A model generated the notes under the pieces. The model was not told where the DNA came from. It did no database searches and was given only the letters and a program-made list of their open reading frames with translations. A stretch of DNA of 64,000 nucleotides, from positions 3,918 through 67,917 of the IMG/VR virus record IMGVR_UViG_3300021185_002348; one strand, given 5' to 3'. The translations under genes and the position numbers were made by a program. The stretch is from a virus. Below, piece by piece: positions 9,008-16,834 of this stretch; positions within the stretch are counted from its first letter, which is position 1; each line of letters opens with the position of its first letter.

Positions 9008-9357
9008 TAAACGAATTCAAGTACAACGAAAAAGTTAAAACTCCTTACGGTACGTTTTCTAGTTTAGATGTAGATGAAATAGGCGTAGCTCAGGATTATG
9101 ATGCAAGCTATTCTGATTTAGATGTATTTGCAATTATTGATGATACAGTTTATTTCTTTATTATGGCTATACCTACTGATTATAACATGGCCCATGTAGA
9201 CGAATGGGATTATGCACGGGAAAGCCATAGGACTTCAAAAATATTGTACGAAGACTTAACTACAGATCAATGGGTTAGAGAGTCAATTGACAACCTTGAC
9301 GTAATTGATTTACTATTAACTCACAAAAAAATACACACTCAAAAATTAGAACAGTAA
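9004..9357 (+). CDS. Hypothetical acidic protein
   Basis: 117-aa ORF, ATGA overlap. Confidence 0.65.
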   Translation: MINEFKYNEKVKTPYGTFSSLDVDEIGVAQDYDASYSDLDVFAIIDDTVYFFIMAIPTDYNMAHVDEWDYARESHRTSKILYEDLTTDQWVRESIDNLDVIDLLLTHKKIHTQKLEQ

Positions 9358-9482
9358 TGTGGAACTATATACTTAACTACGGCGAATCAGACTGCTGTGG
9401 AGCCCCTGTGTGGGAAAATCAAGACATCTGCCAAAAGTGCAAAGAGCACTGCGGTGTAATATATGAAGAAGACGAAGAATGA
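9357..9482 (+). CDS. Small zinc-ribbon protein (41 aa, not in ORF track)
   Basis: SDCCGAPV...DICQKCKEHC; coupled to both neighbours. Confidence 0.7.
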   Translation: MWNYILNYGESDCCGAPVWENQDICQKCKEHCGVIYEEDEE

Positions 9483-9913
9483 AATTTGCTAAAACAAAAA
9501 ATGTATTGACGCCTACGAGAGCAAACGCTAATGACGCAGGCATAGACTTTTATATACCCTGGGACCGCACGGCTGAATTAGTCTACCCAAATGATCAATG
9601 TATAATTGATACAGGTATTAAAGTAGATGTGCCACCAGGATACGCCTTAGTAGCTTTTAACAAGTCAGGAATAGCAACGAAGAAACGTTTATTAGTCGGT
9701 GCATGCGTAGTTGACGCAGGTTATCAAGGCACGATCAATATCAACCTTCATAATGTTGGCACAGAAAAGCAGTTGCTATCACCGGGAGATAAGATTATAC
9801 AATTTTTACTTTTGCCGCTTGGGCCATCGGAACTTACGGAGGTACCACAAGAAGATTTGTACACAAATGAATCTGACAGAGGCGAAGGCAAGTTTGGTAG
9901 CACAGGAAATTAA
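9479..9913 (+). CDS. dut: Trimeric dUTPase
   Basis: DAGIDF, KSG, VVDAGYQG, RGEGKFGSTG motifs. Confidence 0.95.
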   Translation: MKFAKTKNVLTPTRANANDAGIDFYIPWDRTAELVYPNDQCIIDTGIKVDVPPGYALVAFNKSGIATKKRLLVGACVVDAGYQGTININLHNVGTEKQLLSPGDKIIQFLLLPLGPSELTEVPQEDLYTNESDRGEGKFGSTGN

Positions 9914-9963
9914 AATTACTGTGAAATCAATTTTTTATTAACAACTTATTTAGTAAATTTACA

Positions 9964-10362
9964 ATGATTAAAGAAGACGAAACTTACAAGCACTACCAGA
10001 TAAGGCAATTTGAAAATAAAGTTATTGCTTTACAAACTGAGTTAGACGTTGTCGATGTAATTAAAGAACAAGTAGCCAATTATTTTAGATTAGCACCACA
10101 TAATCTAAGTAAGAAAACCAGATTAAGAACATATTTATGGCCAAGACAAATAGCTATATACTTCACAAGAGAATATACAACATTTACTTTAAAAGAAATA
10201 GCTAAAATGTTCGGGTTAGTAAACCATGCAACTATAATACATTCAGTTAAAGTTGTAGCAAACGACATGGCTCTTGACAAAAGAAAACAAAATCAATTAA
10301 ATCAAATCAAACTTAACCTACTAAAAAATGGAATCGAAGACAACCCAGCCGAAAGAGACTAA
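9964..10362 (+). CDS. Stand-alone DnaA domain IV (DNA-binding HTH) protein
   Basis: RQIAIYF.RE.T..TLKEIA.MFG..NHATIIHS signature. Confidence 0.85.
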   Translation: MIKEDETYKHYQIRQFENKVIALQTELDVVDVIKEQVANYFRLAPHNLSKKTRLRTYLWPRQIAIYFTREYTTFTLKEIAKMFGLVNHATIIHSVKVVANDMALDKRKQNQLNQIKLNLLKNGIEDNPAERD

Positions 10363-10765
10363 AAAAGACGCTTTACGAAGATTATTTTTAGACAATAATT
10401 TATCTGAAGACGACGTATACAAAGACAAACGTGGCTTTGTAATCATTACCAGATCGGGTATTGAGAAAATTCAGTTTAACAACAATATGAACATTGAATT
10501 TAAGTTAGAAATATCTAATGACGATTTAATAGTAGTTAAAGCTTGTGCCGAAATGCGCACGGGCGAAGGTCAAGCATTTAAAGTAGAAACTTATGGCGAA
10601 TGCAGCCCTAAAAACTATCAAAACTATACTTCTAAATTTGGTAGTTATCCTTTTGCTATGGCCGAAAAGCGAGCACTATCACGGGCCGTACTTAAACTTG
10701 CTGGTTTTTACAGACTAGGTGGTGTGTTTGGTGAAGGCGAAATTGATAACAGAAGCGATAAATAA
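10328..10765 (+). CDS. Putative ssDNA-annealing/recombination protein
   Basis: AMAEKRA.SRAVLK motif and position near the SSB-like gene. Confidence 0.5.
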   Translation: MESKTTQPKETKKDALRRLFLDNNLSEDDVYKDKRGFVIITRSGIEKIQFNNNMNIEFKLEISNDDLIVVKACAEMRTGEGQAFKVETYGECSPKNYQNYTSKFGSYPFAMAEKRALSRAVLKLAGFYRLGGVFGEGEIDNRSDK

Positions 10766-10768
10766 GCT

Positions 10769-11017
10769 ATGGAATTTGATTGGATAGACGAATTATTAGA
10801 TAATTCAGAAGCTGAAGCAGAAATGTGGCAATTAGATACTATTGACAATTTAATTAGATCAACATCTATAGGTGAACAATTGAGTCTAGTAATTGAAAGA
10901 GAGTCTATAAACTATACAAAGAAAGAAGCTTTTAAAATTATTTCATATTTGAAACGAAATCAAACTTATCCGGATTGCAGAGACAGATTTAAATTTTATA
11001 ACAACAAAAACAATTAA
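10769..11017 (+). CDS. Hypothetical protein
   Basis: 82-aa ORF in operon. Confidence 0.65.
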   Translation: MEFDWIDELLDNSEAEAEMWQLDTIDNLIRSTSIGEQLSLVIERESINYTKKEAFKIISYLKRNQTYPDCRDRFKFYNNKNN

Positions 11018-11019
11018 AA

Positions 11020-11373
11020 ATGAGCGAAACGCTAAAAACAGACGGTAAATTACTAGGAGTAAATGCTGTTGAACAAATTACAGACAAGTTTAAAAAACGT
11101 AAATTTTGGGTTGAAACAGACTCTGAGTCACAATGGCCACAAGTTATTGAATTTGAATTAGTTCAAGATAAAGTTGATCTAATTGATAAATTTAAGAAAG
11201 GTGACGTAATATCTGTTGGCTTTAATTTACGAGGTAGAAGATACACAAGCAAAAAAACAGGGCAAGAAGGTGTTATAAACTCTTTAAACGCCTGGTTTGT
11301 AGACAAGCCTAAGCCTCAAGCTGCTGGTTCAGTTGCTTCTGATACGTCAGATCCTAATGACTTACCATTTTAA
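11020..11373 (+). CDS. DUF3127 family OB-fold SSB-like protein
   Basis: FKKR, PQ.I.FEL.QDK, FNLRGR, NSL.AW and acidic DLPF tail. Confidence 0.85.
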   Translation: MSETLKTDGKLLGVNAVEQITDKFKKRKFWVETDSESQWPQVIEFELVQDKVDLIDKFKKGDVISVGFNLRGRRYTSKKTGQEGVINSLNAWFVDKPKPQAAGSVASDTSDPNDLPF

Positions 11374-11375
11374 TT

Positions 11376-11726
11376 ATGAGTAAGCCTAATGAAACAACAC
11401 ATATAGATTGGATTCAATCGTGTTACAGAGCCGATGCAGTTTATGAATACCCAAAGCTATCTATTGAAGAATGTGAAACAATGGAAGCATGGGTTATTGA
11501 AATGCTAGGCGTATATGAACCAGGCAATGAACAAGTTGATGTAGCAGAGCTGTTATGCAATATGATTAGCATATTTGCTAGTCGTAATCCTAAAGAACAG
11601 CAAGGCATTTTAATATCAGCTTTAAGAAAGTCTGCTGACATTCATGACGAACTTTGGGACTTTGAGAAAGGTAAATTGAAAAAAATTAATAAATTGCTTA
11701 ACTCAAAGAACAAAAAGAAAGATTAA
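11376..11726 (+). CDS. Hypothetical protein
   Basis: 116-aa ORF in operon. Confidence 0.65.
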   Translation: MSKPNETTHIDWIQSCYRADAVYEYPKLSIEECETMEAWVIEMLGVYEPGNEQVDVAELLCNMISIFASRNPKEQQGILISALRKSADIHDELWDFEKGKLKKINKLLNSKNKKKD

Positions 11727-11729
11727 TTT

Positions 11730-11795
11730 TAAATTGTGTCTGGCGAGAGCCGAAAGGAGGTATAAAAAGTTTATGCCAGTTCCTCCCACAATTTA
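11730..11795 (+). ncRNA. Candidate structured RNA (three-way junction, hammerhead-like)
   Basis: Closing stem TAAATTGTG/CACAATTTA enclosing two hairpins and a GAAA junction. Confidence 0.4.
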
Positions 11796-11811
11796 CTTAT
11801 AACCATTTATT

Positions 11812-12477
11812 ATGAAAACAGAAACGAACCAACCATCGTACTATGCTATTATACCTGCAATTGTACGGTACGATCCAAATCTATCTGCTTCTGAAAAATT
11901 ACTATTTGGAGAAATAACTTCCTTATGCAATGCAACTGGAGAATGTTTTGCTTCTAATAAATATTTTGCAAAGCTATACAAAAAAGACAAAGTTACTATC
12001 TCACGCTGGTTTGCTAAGCTTAAAGACGCTGGCTATATACATATAAACTATAAGTATGTACCTGAATCTCAAGCTATTGAATCAAGAATAGTTCACATAT
12101 CGCACCAAGTACCGGGCATTATTACCCCTGCTAGCAAAAATGCTAATAGGCCTACTAGCAAAAACGCTAAAGATAATATTATAAAAAATAATAATGCTCA
12201 AATGCTATTTGAAGCGTGGTGGAATCTATACAATAAAAAGCAAGGCAAGAAGAAATCTTTAACCGTTTGGATGAAGCTATCTGAAGATCAGATGAACAAA
12301 TGTATGTCCGTGGTTGAAGACTTTGTTAGATATAGAAATGAAGTTAAGTATAGGCCTCATCCTCTGACATATTTAAATGGTGAGATGTGGGAAGACGAAA
12401 TTCCTAATCAATCCATAAGTAAAGAGTGGAAGAAACAAGAAGCTACTGATAACTTTAATAACATGTTTGGAATATGA
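11812..12477 (+). CDS. Phage replication initiator/replisome organiser (N-terminal HTH)
   Basis: YYAIIPA.VRYD..L...EKLL.GEIT.L.N..G.CFASN.YFA.LY; C-terminal FE.WW..Y.KK..KK and P.TYLN...W.DE. Confidence 0.85.
   Translation: MKTETNQPSYYAIIPAIVRYDPNLSASEKLLFGEITSLCNATGECFASNKYFAKLYKKDKVTISRWFAKLKDAGYIHINYKYVPESQAIESRIVHISHQVPGIITPASKNANRPTSKNAKDNIIKNNNAQMLFEAWWNLYNKKQGKKKSLTVWMKLSEDQMNKCMSVVEDFVRYRNEVKYRPHPLTYLNGEMWEDEIPNQSISKEWKKQEATDNFNNMFGI
12127..12170 (+). repeat. Two iteron-like direct repeats inside the initiator gene (candidate origin)
   Basis: CCTRCTAGCAAAAAYGCTAA x2 at 24-bp period, followed by an AT-rich stretch. Confidence 0.6.
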
Positions 12478-14297
12478 AAAAAGTATCAATATACAATAAC
12501 ATCAGAAATATTAATGATGGTCATAACATAACTATAGCTACAGCGCTTGATAGGATCAAATCAGGCTCCTCTAAGAAGACTATAGAAGATATTAGAACTC
12601 ATCTATTAGAAGGTGATCAAGCAGCTGCTAAAAAGCTTAAAACGTTTAGTCTACCTTATGTATGTTTTTCAGGAACATTTAGTAAAAGAGATGACAATTC
12701 TATAATAGAGCACTCAGGGTTTGCAATTTTAGATTTTGATCATTTACCAGACAATATTATGCAGTCTTGTAAAGAAGTGTTAATGGGTTGCAATTTTATA
12801 TATTCATTTTGGGTTTCACCATCGGGTGACGGACTTAAAGTACTTGCAAAAATACCCGCTAGTATAGAAGAGCATAAAGATTATTATGTAGGCTTAGTTA
12901 AATATTTTGAAAGATTTGAAGGATATGTAGACGAAACAAGTATAAACTTAAGTCGTGCATGCTTTGAAAGCTACGATCCTGATATATACATTAATGAAGA
13001 CGCAGAAGAGTTTGTAGATAAGTACGTTGAAGAAAAAGCAACAGTTGCTATCACAAACACAATCATACGTACTGACTATGCAAAAGTAAACATAGCGGCT
13101 AATATTATACGCCATTCAATACCAGGCGAGATGCATGCAAAGCTTTTAGATGCATCTAATCTTATGGGTGGCTATATTGCTACAGGCATCGTTGGAGAGG
13201 AAGAAGCTAAAAGAATTTTGCTTGACGAGATTATAGCTAAAGGTAAGAAAGACGACGATCTAAAAGCAGCTGAAATTGCTATACAGAAGGGTATTGACTA
13301 CGGTAAGACAAGACCTTTGTCTGAATTAATAGCGGCTGTAAGCGAAGAAGAGATACTTGAAGGTATATTAACACTTGACAAAGTTAAAAGTCAAATGAAA
13401 TCTAATTTTGAATTTGGTTCAAAGAAAGGTGAAGATACCGGTATACCGCATGTAGACAAAGTATTTAAGTGGATGAAAGGCTTTACATATGTATTTGCTG
13501 GTTATGCAAACCACGGTAAAAGTGAGTTTCTTAACTACATTATGCTTATGAAGAGTTTAAAGTCTGGTTATAAATGGGCTGTATTTACGCCAGAGGGCCA
13601 TACTGCAGACACTTTTTATGACAATTTAATACATATGTATACAGGTCAGACAACTGATCATAGAAGCGACAATCAAGTATCTAAAGAAAGATATTGGGAA
13701 GCAGCTGAGTTTATTAAAAAGCATTTCTTTTACATATATCCTAAGAAAGAGCACTCTGCTGAAAACATAAATGCAATATTCAAATATTTAGTAGACCACG
13801 AAGGTGTAGATGGCTGTGTCATAGATCCATACAATCAATTGTCGTTTGATTCAACAGGTACTGAATACTTGCAGATAAGAAACTTCTTGCAAGCACAAAG
13901 AAGATTTTATATAGAAAATAATGTAGTAGGTGTAATTGTAGCTCACCCTAAAAATCCTAATCCAAACGATAATGGAAGCATAGATCCACCGCAAGTCTAC
14001 CAAATATCCGGTGGTGCTGAGTGGAATAACAAGTCAGATGTTATTATGACATACCATAGACCTAACTTCTATGTAGACATCGGCGACACTTCTTGCATAT
14101 TCGGCACTAAGAAAATGAAGCGTCAAAAAGATATGGCCTTGCCCGGAGATATAGATATGAAGTTTGATCGGCGAACTAATAGATTCTTATTTTTCGATCC
14201 TTCAGTATCACAATCTTTTATAGATTACATAGAAGTACATCATCAGTCAAACAATAAAGTAAAACCAAACAATAACCTAGAAAATTTATTCGGATGA
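12474..14297 (+). CDS. Primase-helicase: BT4734/VirE-N AEP-type domain fused to SF4 (DnaB/Twinkle-like) helicase
   Basis: LP...FSGTF..R, HSG...LDFD, SPSGDGLK; Walker A GYANHGKS, IDPYNQL, VAHP, ISG. Confidence 0.88.
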   Translation: MKKVSIYNNIRNINDGHNITIATALDRIKSGSSKKTIEDIRTHLLEGDQAAAKKLKTFSLPYVCFSGTFSKRDDNSIIEHSGFAILDFDHLPDNIMQSCKEVLMGCNFIYSFWVSPSGDGLKVLAKIPASIEEHKDYYVGLVKYFERFEGYVDETSINLSRACFESYDPDIYINEDAEEFVDKYVEEKATVAITNTIIRTDYAKVNIAANIIRHSIPGEMHAKLLDASNLMGGYIATGIVGEEEAKRILLDEIIAKGKKDDDLKAAEIAIQKGIDYGKTRPLSELIAAVSEEEILEGILTLDKVKSQMKSNFEFGSKKGEDTGIPHVDKVFKWMKGFTYVFAGYANHGKSEFLNYIMLMKSLKSGYKWAVFTPEGHTADTFYDNLIHMYTGQTTDHRSDNQVSKERYWEAAEFIKKHFFYIYPKKEHSAENINAIFKYLVDHEGVDGCVIDPYNQLSFDSTGTEYLQIRNFLQAQRRFYIENNVVGVIVAHPKNPNPNDNGSIDPPQVYQISGGAEWNNKSDVIMTYHRPNFYVDIGDTSCIFGTKKMKRQKDMALPGDIDMKFDRRTNRFLFFDPSVSQSFIDYIEVHHQSNNKVKPNNNLENLFG

Positions 14298-14701
14298 AAA
14301 AGAAAACAGAAAAAGAATTAGTATTTGTATACGGAACATTAATGGCTGGATACCACAACCATTACTATTTAGAAACATCTAAGTGGGTAGACTATGCAAA
14401 AACAGTTAAAGACTACTCATTATTTGAGTCAGGTATACCTTTTGTATATGAAGATTTAAACATTACCGCTATCACCGGCGAAGTATATGAAGTCAGTAAA
14501 AGTGTTATGTATTATTTAGATATGCTTGAAGGTCACCCGGATGCATACGAAAGAAAGCAAGTAGATGTAAAATTAGGTTTTACAAACGAAGTAGTAAAAG
14601 CATGGATATATTTCTATCCTAGAATAGTAGGTAATTTAATTGAATCAGGAAACTATGAAGAAGCTTATCCGAGACGCAAAAATAAAATATCAAATTTGTA
14701 A
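14294..14701 (+). CDS. Gamma-glutamylcyclotransferase (AIG2-like)
   Basis: VFVYGTL..G..NH, GEVYEV, LD.LEG.P..Y.R, AWIY. Confidence 0.92.
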   Translation: MKKKTEKELVFVYGTLMAGYHNHYYLETSKWVDYAKTVKDYSLFESGIPFVYEDLNITAITGEVYEVSKSVMYYLDMLEGHPDAYERKQVDVKLGFTNEVVKAWIYFYPRIVGNLIESGNYEEAYPRRKNKISNL

Positions 14702-14927
14702 TTTAGTTAGACATAAAGCCAGCGGTATAATGAAGCCTTCTTCTGTCAAAAAAAGTGGTACTATTGAAAAAATAACTACAGCCGCTAATATAGAAGAAGC
14801 TAATAAGAATGGACATATAATAGCTGGCATTGCTAAAAAACACAATAAAAAGAGAGATGAAGTAGAAATTAAAATACTTTCTATTACATTTGGTAATTAT
14901 GAACACTGGAGCCACGACGTGCATTAA
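14655..14927 (+). CDS. Hypothetical basic protein
   Basis: Track ORF 14640..14927; first ATG at 14655; start uncertain. Confidence 0.5.
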   Translation: MKKLIRDAKIKYQICNLVRHKASGIMKPSSVKKSGTIEKITTAANIEEANKNGHIIAGIAKKHNKKRDEVEIKILSITFGNYEHWSHDVH

Positions 14928-14933
14928 ACAGAT

Positions 14934-15200
14934 ATGAACAAACTAGAAGAAGATCAAATAAATTTATTATTATTTTTAGCTACATTTAAAAGCTTTAGCG
15001 AACAAATGTTCAATTTAAAAGGCGTTCACAAAGGTATAGCCAAGAAAAAGTTTAACTTGCTTATAAACACAGTTAACAGCTATGAGCGAACTTTAGACAA
15101 AGGTTGGCTTAAGGATAATAAAAAAGTTATAGATGAACTAAACGACTCTATAACTGACATGGTTTACATGATAAGAGAACAAGTACATAAAACTAATTAA
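14934..15200 (+). CDS. Hypothetical protein
   Basis: 88-aa ORF with AAACAGA leader. Confidence 0.65.
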   Translation: MNKLEEDQINLLLFLATFKSFSEQMFNLKGVHKGIAKKKFNLLINTVNSYERTLDKGWLKDNKKVIDELNDSITDMVYMIREQVHKTN

Positions 15201-15201
15201 C

Positions 15202-15282
15202 ATGGTAGAGAACATACTTATAATTATAGTAGTTATTATTTCAATCGTAATAATAGTACAAGCGTTTGACGTAAAACAATAG
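15202..15282 (+). CDS. Possible 26-aa membrane peptide
   Basis: MVENILIIIVVIISIVIIVQAFDVKQ between the upstream stop and a terminator. Confidence 0.35.
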   Translation: MVENILIIIVVIISIVIIVQAFDVKQ

Positions 15283-15295
15283 CTTTACTGAGATT

Positions 15296-15340
15296 AAGGG
15301 AGCATCATCTTAGAGGGTCTTAGCTCCCTTTTTCTCTTTT
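15296..15340 (+). terminator. Intrinsic terminator
   Basis: AAGGGAGC...GCTCCCTT followed by T-rich tract. Confidence 0.65.
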
Positions 15341-15376
15341 ATTTTTTTTATACGATAAAATATTATATATTCGATC

Positions 15377-15826
15377 ATGCGTCGGAGAAAAAAAGGGCAT
15401 TCTAAAGCCAAAAAACATACGTTTGATGGTATAAAGTTTGCATCAGGATTAGAATTATATTGTTATCAAGCTTTGAAAAAAGCAAAAATACCTAATCAAT
15501 ACGAAGGCAATACATTTGAGCTTGTTCCAGCATTTAAATATCCAGGTACTTTAATGGATAGAGGGACAGTCAAAGGAGCGAAAATGTTCAAATACAAAAC
15601 AGATCACGTAAGAAGTATATCTTATACACCTGACTTTATTAATTTACAATGGGGATTTATTATTGAAACAAAAGGTTTCCGTAATGAATCATTTCCTATG
15701 AGATTTAAATTATTTAAAAGATATTTATTCCAAAATGGCTTAGATTACGATTTGTATATACCTTCTACAAAATCTGAAGTTGATATTACAATTAATAAAA
15801 TATTAGAAAAGCATGGCCAACTTTAA
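15377..15826 (+). CDS. T7 endonuclease I-like PD-(D/E)xK nuclease (Holliday junction resolvase)
   Basis: FASGLE, YE, YTPDF, IIETKG; TATATTCG promoter-like element at 15366-15373. Confidence 0.8.
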   Translation: MRRRKKGHSKAKKHTFDGIKFASGLELYCYQALKKAKIPNQYEGNTFELVPAFKYPGTLMDRGTVKGAKMFKYKTDHVRSISYTPDFINLQWGFIIETKGFRNESFPMRFKLFKRYLFQNGLDYDLYIPSTKSEVDITINKILEKHGQL

Positions 15827-15995
15827 TCAAAAAGTAGACTTTCTAACCGAAAGCATAATAAAATATGTTAAAGAGAACGAGTTAGACATAGATAATGACG
15901 ATCACATAGATATATTAACAGATTATATATATAACAGGTTCAAAATAAAAATAGGAGCCGCCCCAATTAAAAAAAGATTAAAAAAATTGTTATGA
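15813..15995 (+). CDS. Hypothetical protein
   Basis: 60-aa ORF overlapping both neighbours. Confidence 0.55.
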   Translation: MANFNQKVDFLTESIIKYVKENELDIDNDDHIDILTDYIYNRFKIKIGAAPIKKRLKKLL

Positions 15996-16834
15996 AAATA
16001 GACAGAATAAATCCCCATGTGCTTGATATAACCATGAATCATGAGAAAGATTGGGAACAATGGTTTTTACTATCGTCTGATAGACACTGGGATAACCCGC
16101 ACTCAGATTGGGAATTACAAAAAAAGCATTTGGACTTAGCTCGAAAAAGAAATGCTAAAATTTTAGACTTTGGTGACTTGTTCTGCGTAATGCAAGGTAA
16201 GTTTGATAGAAGAGCTTCAAAGTCTAACGTAAGACCTGAGCACCAAGTAGATAACTATTTAGACGCTGTTGTAAACACCGCTGCAGATTGGTTTGAACCG
16301 TATGCAGATATGTTTGCATTAATAAGCGAAGGTAACCACGAGTCTGCTATTAGACGTCACCATGAAACAGATTTAATTGAAAGATTTGTTACAACATTAA
16401 ATTACAAAGCAAAAACTTGCATAACTCGCGGTCTTTATACTGGATGGGTAAGATTTAGATTTTTACAAAAAGGCCACTCAAAAGTTTTTAATTTAAACTA
16501 TACCCACGGTTACGGGGGAGGTGGACCAGTTACTAAAGGTGTTATACAGGCAAACAGAAAAGCTGTATATTTGCCAGACGCACATTTTTGTGTATCAGGA
16601 CATATTCACGAGCATTGGTTAATGACTCAATCAAGAGAGAGACTTAAAAAGAATGGTGAAACAACAATAGACGAGCAAGTACACGTATGTCTACCGACCT
16701 ATAAAGAAGAATATCTTATGGGTGCAGACTTCCACAGAGAAAGAGGCCGTCCACCAAAACCTTTAGGCGCTTATTGGTTAAGATTTTTTAACGATGCCGG
16801 GCATATAAATTATGAATTCATTAGAGCAAAGTAA
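15992..16834 (+). CDS. Calcineurin-like metallophosphoesterase
   Basis: DxH, GD, GNHE, HG, GHxH motifs. Confidence 0.9.
   Translation: MKIDRINPHVLDITMNHEKDWEQWFLLSSDRHWDNPHSDWELQKKHLDLARKRNAKILDFGDLFCVMQGKFDRRASKSNVRPEHQVDNYLDAVVNTAADWFEPYADMFALISEGNHESAIRRHHETDLIERFVTTLNYKAKTCITRGLYTGWVRFRFLQKGHSKVFNLNYTHGYGGGGPVTKGVIQANRKAVYLPDAHFCVSGHIHEHWLMTQSRERLKKNGETTIDEQVHVCLPTYKEEYLMGADFHRERGRPPKPLGAYWLRFFNDAGHINYEFIRAK

Larger units (their letters stand above)
487..14475 (+). repeat. Dispersed strand-specific 9-mer YRCTATCRC, 17 copies
   Basis: Copies start at 487, 1261, 1875, 2518, 3115, 3706, 4176, 4638, 5724, 6461, 7442, 7961, 8558, 9774, 10674, 13046, 14467 (manual scan). Confidence 0.9.

Noticed and set aside
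487-14475. YRCTATCRC copies as a CRISPR array or RfaH ops sites
   Set aside because: Repeats are only 9 bp, hundreds of bases apart and inside genes; the ops-like reading (GCGATAGC) is on the template strand, the wrong orientation
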